From: Chamaesiphon sp.
GTDB lineage: Bacteria; Cyanobacteriota; Cyanobacteriia; Cyanobacteriales; Chamaesiphonaceae
NCBI GenBank assembly: GCA_965246715.1
Contig: CBDFFH010000020.1
Coordinates: forward strand, 197,726-261,725
DNA length: 64,000 bases
Direction: 5' to 3'
A program made the translations under genes and the position numbers. This document shows, one piece after another, positions 50,851 to 59,639 of this stretch. Under the pieces are notes generated by a model. It worked only from the letters and a program-made list of their open reading frames with translations, searched no databases and had not been told where the DNA came from. Numbering within the stretch: the first letter of the stretch is position 1; each line of letters starts with the position of its first letter.

Positions 50851-53007
50851 GTGTCCAAATCCCAGCACTCGAATCAAGCTCAAATCCAACAACCCAATGC
50901 CCAAAAGTCTCATCTACCCTTCGATTCCAATCTGACAATGTTGTTGGGTGCGGTGGGGTTGTTAATCATCTTGTCGATGTTGGGGAAGCGCGAGGATAAC
51001 AAACAGGGTAAATCCTATTGGGGGGGATCTGTCCAGCTTAGATCTGCCAGAAAGATTGCGCGATCGCAAATTCCCGCCTATTCGGGTAAAAAAGGCTACA
51101 CCAGACCCGATGCCTGTTCGTTATATCTAGGCACTCCGGCGCAGATTTACAACGCTCACCAGCAGGATTTTTATCACCGACTCAAACCCGAACTCGATCG
51201 GATCGAGCGTGAATTTGGAGCCAAGGCAGCACAGCAACTTGAAGCTAAATATCGTCCCCGCAAAGCGAAATTTGGGGATAAAACTCTATATATCCCCAAC
51301 GCTCAACAGAGTATCGCGGTGTTTGGCGCGGCGGGATTGGGTAAATCTAAAAGTATCCTCAATCCGTTGATCCGTTCGGCACTAGATCAACGGATTACTA
51401 CAACTGTCTTTGACTTTAAATATCCCGAACAAACCAAAGAAATTGCTGGCTACGCTGCCCAGCGCGGCTATAAAGTCCAAATTATCGCTCCCTCTTACGT
51501 CGAATCCGGTATTTTCAATATCTTGGATTTTATTAAGGATTCGGGGGATTCGCTGGGATCTGGGCAAATTTCCGAAGTCCTGACGGAGAATACTTCTAAA
51601 GCCAAAGATAGTGGCGGCGGTAGCAATGAATTCTTCGAGAGTGGGGGTGGGGGAGTGCTCCAAGGCGGGATGTTGAGTGCTAAGTGGCTGGAAGAGGACT
51701 CCGAGGCGATTGCCGTTGCCAGAAGACTGTGGGAAGTTAAAGCTGGCGATCCCCACCCTGCGGTTGCCGATATTATGACCGTTGCCGCGCTAATTAATCT
51801 ACCCCGCTTTGGCGATCGAATGCGATTTGCTGCCAAACGGATTAATCCGTGGATTTCCCAAGCTCTAGCTCAATTTCTCAGTACTGGCGGCGAACGCGGC
51901 AAACCTAACGTCACTGAGGGGGGTATTCTCGCCAATGCTCAGAAAACCGTCAATCAACTAGTGAAGCGTGATTTTATTCCTTCTTTATGTGGGAAATCCA
52001 CGATCGAAATCGACCTGAGTGGGAAAAATGCTCAAACTCTGACGATTGTGGGGATGAATCAGGATTATCGACATGTGCTTTCACCACTGCTGGCGACGAT
52101 CCTCGATCTGTTGATTTCCCGAAATATCGCCCACTCCAGACAGCGGACGGAACCCTTCTTTGTCAGCTTGGATGAGTTACCGAGTATGAAGCTGCGGAAG
52201 ATCTCACAGTGGCTGGCAGAAGGTCGTTCGGCGGGTTTTTGTGGAGTCATCTCGCTCCAAAATAAATCGCAATTGCAAGAGACTTATGGCGACGATCGCA
52301 CTCAGACTATCATGTCTAACTGTGCGACAAAGTTTTTCATGAATCCTCAAGATCCAGCGTCGGCAAAATTCTACAGTGAGTATTTGGGCGAAAAGGAAAT
52401 TCGCTATTACACTAAATCGACTACCACTCAAAAGGGCGGCGGCAGCAGATCGCGGAATGAGCATGTTGCTAAAGTCCCATTGATGGAAGCAGCAGAATTC
52501 TCGAAAATGCCGCCGGGACGCGCCGTAATTATTTCGCCTGGATATATCAATAAAGGTAAAAAAGAAGCTTATTTACCGATCTTGCAACAGATTGAAATTC
52601 CCCACCGCGATGTACTTGAATCTGAGAAGTCTCAAGAGGTGTGGAAGACGATGCTGGCAAGTTTCCAAGCTCGAAACATCGATGAAGCTGAGATTTCGCG
52701 GATGTTTGAATTGCGCTGTCAATTAGTTGAAGAACTATTTCCGCTGCCACCACCTGCTAATTTAGCAGTGCCACTGGGAGTTTTAGTCAGACACCTCAAG
52801 TTTAAAGGTTATAGTGATGACTTTGATGGCAATCGTTCGATCGATCTAGGGATGCAAGTTAATATCCCCAAACAATGGCAAGATCCTAATTCTACTGACG
52901 ACGCTCCTATCACAAAAATTCCCACAGATCCCAAAACCTTATCTGCTGTGGTTGCTCTAGTTGGTAGTACTGGGTATAAAGTTGTCCGAAAAGATTGTTT
53001 GCCATGA
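50851..53007 (+). CDS. virD4: Type IV coupling protein (VirD4/TraG/TraD-like)
   Basis: N-terminal TM, GAAGLGKS, FDFKYP, SLDELP, GRSAG...LQNKSQL..YG. Confidence 0.88.
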   Translation: MSKSQHSNQAQIQQPNAQKSHLPFDSNLTMLLGAVGLLIILSMLGKREDNKQGKSYWGGSVQLRSARKIARSQIPAYSGKKGYTRPDACSLYLGTPAQIYNAHQQDFYHRLKPELDRIEREFGAKAAQQLEAKYRPRKAKFGDKTLYIPNAQQSIAVFGAAGLGKSKSILNPLIRSALDQRITTTVFDFKYPEQTKEIAGYAAQRGYKVQIIAPSYVESGIFNILDFIKDSGDSLGSGQISEVLTENTSKAKDSGGGSNEFFESGGGGVLQGGMLSAKWLEEDSEAIAVARRLWEVKAGDPHPAVADIMTVAALINLPRFGDRMRFAAKRINPWISQALAQFLSTGGERGKPNVTEGGILANAQKTVNQLVKRDFIPSLCGKSTIEIDLSGKNAQTLTIVGMNQDYRHVLSPLLATILDLLISRNIAHSRQRTEPFFVSLDELPSMKLRKISQWLAEGRSAGFCGVISLQNKSQLQETYGDDRTQTIMSNCATKFFMNPQDPASAKFYSEYLGEKEIRYYTKSTTTQKGGGSRSRNEHVAKVPLMEAAEFSKMPPGRAVIISPGYINKGKKEAYLPILQQIEIPHRDVLESEKSQEVWKTMLASFQARNIDEAEISRMFELRCQLVEELFPLPPPANLAVPLGVLVRHLKFKGYSDDFDGNRSIDLGMQVNIPKQWQDPNSTDDAPITKIPTDPKTLSAVVALVGSTGYKVVRKDCLP

Positions 53008-53095
53008 AAATAGCCAAGGCTGAGATACCGTCTGAATTATCTCCGGTGACTTCTCATGCCTCCGACTGATGCTGTCCCAATTTATAATTCTAAAG

Positions 53096-54170
53096 TTACA
53101 CAGAAATTTCTTTGATGACGGCTTCAAGATGTTCTTGCAGCACGAGTTCTTCTCGATCGAGAATCGCCCGTTTTGCAGCATCTTGAGCGACGCGCACAGC
53201 TTGAGCGGCGGAAAAGCCTTTCATCTTGTTGACGACGGTTTTCCAATCGATCGAGCCTTTTTCCATCGCAATTAATGTTTGTTTGAGTAGTGCGGCTAGT
53301 TCCGTTTCGGTGGGCATGGGAACTTCGATCGCATCATCAAATCTACGCCATAGAGCCATGTCTAATGATTTATTGAGATTAGTAGCGGCAACTAGCAAGC
53401 CGGAGGAGGCACTATATTCATCTAAGATTTGGAGAAAGGTGTTAACCACCCGTTTCATCTCGCCGACTTCGTTGTTATCCTCGCGGGATTTGGCGAGGGA
53501 GTCGCATTCATCTAAGAATAATAGACAAGGGGTTTTCGCAGCTACCTCGAATATTTCACGGAGATTGCTGGCAGTTTCGCCGAGATAGGAAGATACCATC
53601 GCGTCAAAGCGGACTTTGAGTAGGGGTAAGCCTGTATTCCATGCCAATCGTTCGGCACTCATGGTTTTCCCGCAGCCAGGGAGTCCGTACAGCAAGATTT
53701 TTTGTTTGTAGCTGAATCCGTGATGCGCTAATCTATCGCGGGCGGCATATTCCCGCTCGATGCGTTGGAAGCGTTGTTCGACGGCTTCGGGCAAGATGGT
53801 ATGATGTCGGAGCTTTTCGCGAGGAATGGCTGTGACGAGGGGGACTTGCGATCGCCTACTGGTGGGAAGTTCGGTGAGAGATTGTTGTTTTGTGAGTGTG
53901 GCAGTGTCTGATTGTCGTTGCGGATCGATCGAGTTGGCGCGACTGGGATTGCGTTCCAATCGTTGTGCGGAGGTAGACTGAGGCGAACTGCTGGTTTTGG
54001 ACTTGGTAATATTTTCTAGCTGATCTGCAAGGAGGAGATGCCCTTTTTTGCGCTCGTCTTGGACGATTGTATCCAATAGCTTTCCGACCGCTACTTCATC
54101 ATCAGTAGCGTTGGCGTAGCCTACCGGAGGTAATCGCTTTGAACATACGTTTGAGCAGATCGGCTTTCAC
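53096..54170 (-). pseudogene. AAA+ ATPase (IetA-like) with N-terminus frameshifted by a 22-nt insertion
   Basis: GLPGCGKT, FLDECD, AATN, WRRFD; GTG 54170 (MKADLLKRMFKAI) is in frame only if 54111-54132 is removed. Confidence 0.8.
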
Positions 54171-54300
54171 GGGACGTAAATTAACTTAACATTCCTTTGT
54201 ACTATTCTATAGTACTGGTGCCCATAAGTGGGCAGATAGCAACAAAAAGCTATGTCTGACTGTGGTTTGGCGGGTAGTACGGGCGATTCAAGATTTGAAT

Positions 54301-54495
54301 CAAGGACATCAGTAGCTTCTCGATCGAATGTCCTCCCATCAACAGGATCGATGTGCGATTGGGATCGTTACTGCTGAAGAACAATTCGCGGTCGGTTGAG
54401 TACTATTGGCAAAGCGTCTAATCTAGGCACTAAGCTATCCCTACCGTTAGCTTATGAGAATTTGCGGATGACGATCGAGAGTCTACAGAGTTCGA
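54301..54495 (+). pseudogene. VapC/PIN toxin remnant
   Basis: QGHQ*LLDRM...AIGIVTAEEQ, frameshift, RGRLSTIGKAS...LAYENL resembles cyanobacterial PIN toxins; contains a stop and a frameshift. Confidence 0.6.
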
Positions 54496-54656
54496 GAAAA
54501 TCGAAATCTATTTTTAGTCGGTGTTATTTTATCATCAGCTTCACGAACATAAAGTTATAATCGGGATACAAAATTTAAGAATTGTCTCGATTTTTTAACT
54601 AATTAAGCTATGATATAAACCCGCAATAATCGAGATTTTTTGTAAGCTGTTTTTTG

Positions 54657-55793
54657 CTATGAAGGATTAATTACAATAACGGGGCTGAGTTTTAAATCCA
54701 TACTTCCATCGTAATTAGATGGGATTATTAATTGATCTATTTGCTTGTAACCGTTCTTGCTAACAGTAACCCTAATTTCTTTTGTTGATTTCTTTAAGTT
54801 AAATATACCGATGCCATTGTCATCGGTATTTTTACTACAGTGATCGTTATCTATTATTAAAATTTTTGCTCCTTTAATTGCTATATGAGTGAGTTCATCT
54901 TGTATTAAAAAAGTGAATTTTTCATAGGTAATTCTAAAATATGTGAAATATATGCCTGCTAAGCTAGCAATAGAAGCTAGGCATCCAAGCACTATTTGAA
55001 GTAGTGGTAAGTTGTCTTTAAAGTCAGTTTCGTGTGGAAATGTTTTTGCTACTACTTTTGTTAATTCATCTTTGTTTTTTGGAGTTTTATAATCGACAAT
55101 CTTTGGTAATTCATTAGCACAATCTCTAAACTGTCTATCTTTGTTAGCCTTGTAACCAATAATATGTAGCTTGAAATCAATCTTGTCTTCACTTTGATAT
55201 GAAGATCTTATTGTTTGACATAAGCTTTTAAGATAGTTCTCACTATCATCGCCACAATTAGGTTCACCATCAGAAAAAAGAACAATTCGACTTGGCTTTA
55301 AATTGTTATTCTGCAAGCTTTGGATAGCACGATTAACAGCATAGTTAATTGGACTAGTTCCATTGTCATTAGGCTTAATTTCATCTAAAGAACTATTAAT
55401 ATCAGATTGACTATGATTACCAATTGGAAGTACATCTCTTGTTGATTTACACCAATTCTTTTCAGGAAAGTACTTAACGTTGCCGAACTCTGTTATTCCA
55501 ATTCTATCTGAACTTATATTTTTCTGTTTCAATTGAATGCGAATAGCTTCTTTGACTTCATCTATTTTATAGGGCTTTATATCAGTGCATATAGTCTCAG
55601 AATCTTTTTTTGAACATTTACCCATGCTTCCAGAATTATCGATTAAGATAATAGTTGGAATATTTAAATTATTGTTTTTACGATTGTTGCTACTACTTTC
55701 TTGTGCAGAAGCTAATTTAGGATAGATTGTAATATTAGACAGCAATAATACTAGCGATAAATTTGAAAATCTAATGATATTTTTATTTTTCAT
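54657..55793 (-). CDS. vWA-domain membrane protein, AT-rich
   Basis: Signal peptide, MIDAS motifs LIDNSGSM / GTSP / LFSDG, TM helix, C-terminal beta domain. Confidence 0.85.
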   Translation of the reverse strand: MKNKNIIRFSNLSLVLLLSNITIYPKLASAQESSSNNRKNNNLNIPTIILIDNSGSMGKCSKKDSETICTDIKPYKIDEVKEAIRIQLKQKNISSDRIGITEFGNVKYFPEKNWCKSTRDVLPIGNHSQSDINSSLDEIKPNDNGTSPINYAVNRAIQSLQNNNLKPSRIVLFSDGEPNCGDDSENYLKSLCQTIRSSYQSEDKIDFKLHIIGYKANKDRQFRDCANELPKIVDYKTPKNKDELTKVVAKTFPHETDFKDNLPLLQIVLGCLASIASLAGIYFTYFRITYEKFTFLIQDELTHIAIKGAKILIIDNDHCSKNTDDNGIGIFNLKKSTKEIRVTVSKNGYKQIDQLIIPSNYDGSMDLKLSPVIVINPS

Positions 55794-56043
55794 TCTTTAT
55801 TACGTCTGTAAGGATTATTTCCTCTATAATCTTAGAATGGGAAGGGAGTATTGCAAAATTGTATTTTCTACTTAACTTAAAGTACCCATAACAAGTCGTA
55901 CATTATCAGATAACAAGGTTAGTACCCGAACCATGTTGATTTTGTCCTTGGCATCGTCGAAAAAATCATCCTCTCCGGCACCGCCGTTGTCATGATTTCC
56001 TACCTACCAGTAAGATCCACCTTCTGGATGTCCGAACTAACCA

Positions 56044-56139
56044 CGATCGATCATTCTTCCTACCCATTGCCGCAATTTTCCGTCCCTGCGATCTGCTCAT
56101 CCCATCCCCACTCCACGCATCAAGCCACTTCCCACTCTA
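56044..56139. repeat. Diverged duplicate of the virB6-like 3' end (other copy 57526-57632)
   Basis: Both copies read CGATCGA...TTCTTCCTACCCATTGC.GCAATTTTCCG.CCCTG...CCCATCCCCA.TCCACGCA...CTTCCCACT. Confidence 0.8.
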
Positions 56140-56254
56140 CTATTTGTATTTGACGATCGATAATAGCTAGCATCTTGAATCTGTGAGTAGTGATTGAGGA
56201 TTCGATCGGTCACATAATTGTTACTCACAGCCTCACCTTACTAGCCAAGGCGGA

Positions 56255-57424
56255 TCAACCCAAGAACAATCTCGGAAAATATCGCTCTAGTAAAGTAGAT
56301 GGAAAGCCGACCCTCACCGCACCTTTAGGCGTATCGGAAACCAACAAGCCAGCCGCCAACAACCGCTGCAACACCTTACGCCCTTGCCGCTCCTGGTAGC
56401 CACTCGCCGCTGCCGCTCGACCTCGCTCCAATTCCCCCGATCGAAACACCTCTGCAACTACCCGATCCGAGCCAGGGAGCAAATGTTTTGCAGCAACTTC
56501 TTCCCCTAAATACATCTCAATTCTGGCGAGTAACTGTTGCGGATCGAGACACGATCGCATGAACTGTACTTGATCGATGCAAGTATTCAAAAAGAACTCA
56601 CAAAAGGCTTGCAAACCTTTGGCTGTGAGATTTCCCCTGCCGTCGAGATCGTTCCATCTGGGTAAATCAGCATTAGCCAAAACAGCACGATATTGGTCTT
56701 TAGATCGTGCTAATCCCCGTGAAATCGACCATAAACTCGTACCGATGCCGATTTCCCGAAACATCGCATGAGAAAATAATCGCGCCACCCGCCCATTCCC
56801 ATCGTAGAAGGGATGAATCCATACCAATCGATGATGAGCCGCAGCCACGGCAATTACTCGATCGATCTGCGATAGTCGTTCCAGTCGATAACCAGTAGCA
56901 AAGCGGGTAATAAAGCTGTCAATGGCTGGTGCAGAAATGGGAATGTGTCGTCCGACAATTACATCCCCTGTGCGCCACTCCCCAGGGACGATTTGAATTT
57001 GCTTGCTACCTTCGGCATTACTCAGAACTAACATCTCAGAGGGGAGTCGAGTGCAAAATTCGTGGTGAATCCATTTTAGGTATTCTCCGCTCATAACTTC
57101 ACTCGGAGCGTTGCCCCGATCGATGGCTCTTTGCACTTCTATATGTGCCTTAGCTTCTAACTGTAATTCTCGTTGTTGGGGATCGATGGAAAAGTCCTGA
57201 GCGAGGGCGCGTTCGATATCGATTGGGTGGGTGCGATGTCCTTCAATCAAGTTGCTATAGTAGCAATTCATCGTGCGGACTAAATCGCCAATCCCTAGAA
57301 TCGTCGCCACCTGTAAATTACTATTAAGCGCACTACTCTCCGCCCACAGTTGCGTAGCCAGATCGGTCAATACTCGATTCCTCAACCCAGGTAGCAATGG
57401 TTCGATGAGGGCGAGAGATTCCAT
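56255..57424 (-). CDS. Fic-family protein
   Basis: Canonical HPFYDGNGRVAR; YYSNLIEG; C-terminal HTH; TGCCGATC repeats upstream (57430-57517). Confidence 0.93.
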   Translation of the reverse strand: MESLALIEPLLPGLRNRVLTDLATQLWAESSALNSNLQVATILGIGDLVRTMNCYYSNLIEGHRTHPIDIERALAQDFSIDPQQRELQLEAKAHIEVQRAIDRGNAPSEVMSGEYLKWIHHEFCTRLPSEMLVLSNAEGSKQIQIVPGEWRTGDVIVGRHIPISAPAIDSFITRFATGYRLERLSQIDRVIAVAAAHHRLVWIHPFYDGNGRVARLFSHAMFREIGIGTSLWSISRGLARSKDQYRAVLANADLPRWNDLDGRGNLTAKGLQAFCEFFLNTCIDQVQFMRSCLDPQQLLARIEMYLGEEVAAKHLLPGSDRVVAEVFRSGELERGRAAAASGYQERQGRKVLQRLLAAGLLVSDTPKGAVRVGFPSTLLERYFPRLFLG

Positions 57425-57532
57425 GATAGTGCCGATCTTTTTAGATGCTAAAGCTGCTGATATATAACAATTATAGTCTTTTTAATAGCTAAAAAGTGCC
57501 GATCCTTATGCCGATCTTCAGACATCGATCGA

Positions 57533-58816
57533 CTATTTCTTCCTACCCATTGCTGCAATTTTCCGACCCTGTGCTCTGCCCATCTTGCCCATCCCCATCC
57601 CCAATCCACGCAGCAAACTACTTCCCACTTTACCAGCAGCTCTACCCCCTACCCTACCAGCTCCTCTTGCCGCTCCCCGCGCTGGTGCGCTGGTAAGTGA
57701 ATTCATCGCCCCAGCTAGAGCCAAAGCCGAACCTTGACAATAGTAGAAGGTGAGGAAAGGAGCGTAAATTGCCATTAAAATACCGATCGTAAAAATCCCC
57801 AAACTTGCCAGTCCCGTCTGGCTCTGCGCCCAGAGATTCAAGTAGACAATAATACCGACGATAATTGCAAAACACAGCTTGGCATTGACTAACAACCAAA
57901 AATTACCAAACCAATTTTTAATCGGTGCGGGGTCGAATAGCGATAGGGCGATATTGATTGGAAAGGTGAAGCCAAATACTAATAATGTCAGTTCTAAGGC
58001 GATATAAAAGGCGATCGCCAAGCAGGTAAATACGAGCTGAATTAAATTTTCAAACGCATTAGAAATCGCACTACCCATCGACTTAATCGAGTCCCCGACC
58101 TTGCCGATAATATCCCATTTAGCCTTCTCATCGATCGTCCCATCTGACGTACCAGCCGCTGGTGTTGTGGGATTCGACCCCGAAGTGGCTGAATTACTAG
58201 TTGGTTGTACCCCCGCAGCCCGATTGAGATCTGTTTGAATCTCGGCTATTTTGGCATTAACTACCGGATCTTGTTCGGGATTGGCAGCTACACTTTGTTT
58301 TAAATTATCTAGTGCTTGTTGAAAACAGGCCGTTTGGGCTGCGGGAGCACATTTTTTCAACTCATCTTCAAATTTAACGAAATAAGATTGGGCGAGATTC
58401 GTGCCATTGAGACTTCTAGTTGCTTGTAATTTCTCAAAATCGAAGGAAATCCCCTGCATGATCGTATCGGAGATCGAATTAGTAAAATTCCGCATTCCCA
58501 GTACCGTATACATAGCTAACTGTCCGCTATTCCATAGCATCAGTAATATCAGAATCAATACCATCAGAAAACCGACGACTTTTTCGGCATCTAAAGTTTT
58601 AGCTTTAATTTCTAATAGAAAATAGTAACCACGATAAATTACGCCGATACCCGCGATCGTTAATGATACCTGTGCGACCCGTCCGAATATGCCCATTTGA
58701 AAAACATTCGACCAAAACTCTTTGGCGAAGTTGGTGGCAAGTGCCGAACCAGTGGCAGCCGCTTGGCTGAAGTTGGCAGCGGCTAGTAGGTGTGTGTCAA
58801 GTAAGATGTCGGGCAT
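57533..58816 (-). CDS. VirB6/TrbL-like polytopic conjugation protein
   Basis: Multiple TM helices around a periplasmic loop and a Gly/Ala-rich tail; start ATG 58816. Confidence 0.7.
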   Translation of the reverse strand: MPDILLDTHLLAAANFSQAAATGSALATNFAKEFWSNVFQMGIFGRVAQVSLTIAGIGVIYRGYYFLLEIKAKTLDAEKVVGFLMVLILILLMLWNSGQLAMYTVLGMRNFTNSISDTIMQGISFDFEKLQATRSLNGTNLAQSYFVKFEDELKKCAPAAQTACFQQALDNLKQSVAANPEQDPVVNAKIAEIQTDLNRAAGVQPTSNSATSGSNPTTPAAGTSDGTIDEKAKWDIIGKVGDSIKSMGSAISNAFENLIQLVFTCLAIAFYIALELTLLVFGFTFPINIALSLFDPAPIKNWFGNFWLLVNAKLCFAIIVGIIVYLNLWAQSQTGLASLGIFTIGILMAIYAPFLTFYYCQGSALALAGAMNSLTSAPARGAARGAGRVGGRAAGKVGSSLLRGLGMGMGKMGRAQGRKIAAMGRKK

Positions 58817-59639
58817 GGGTGTTAGGGAAGGGGAAAGGGGAAGGGGTAAAGGGTAAAGGGGAAGGGGTAAAGGGGAAGGGGTAAATTGCGACACGAAGTC
58901 GCAGATGTTTAGTGAAGCTCATAGCTTCTGCCTTAGTATCAAAGGTATGGACGCTCCAAAGGAGCATCAACAGCAATGGGGATGTTTCACAGCTAGAGGA
59001 GAAAGCCTAATCGCACTGGTAGCCTAAACTGGTATGAGGGCAAGTCCAAGTCTGGTATGGTTAGCCAACGCGAATCTTGATAAAGTCCGTCATTTCCCAA
59101 TGAGCCAAATCAGGCTGATTAAGGCTCAGACCAAAAGGTAAGTGGCACATAAGAAAACTGGATTTTTACCGCCAGTATGACGATACCTTCGCCACCGGAT
59201 GACAGAGAAACCTAACCCAGACGCATCTAAACACTGCGGAACGTGTAAACCTCTATCAGGTCAGTTTAACTGTAGGGAAGTCGTGAGACGTACCAATTCC
59301 TGGGAGAGATAGGACTCTTCTAAAAAGCTAATGCCTGTAGGACGAAAGTTCAGAGGAATTCATAACTCGCAGGATAATGGTTATCCCGTACCCGAAAGGG
59401 GAGCAGACGTAGAAGAGGCTGAAACGTTGTTGAAACCTTCAGCGAGAAAATCTTTACCCCTCCACAAGTTAGAGGCGAAGGGCATTCGCCAACGGCGGAG
59501 GACAGGGATTTTAAGGATTGAAGCCCAATCAATAAAATCCTGAAAACCTGTTTTGGACATAGTGATTCGACCCATTATGTAAGAGAAGTATAACTTGAAG
59601 GGAGTAAATGATACAGCAGGAGCCGAGTGCTTGGAAACT

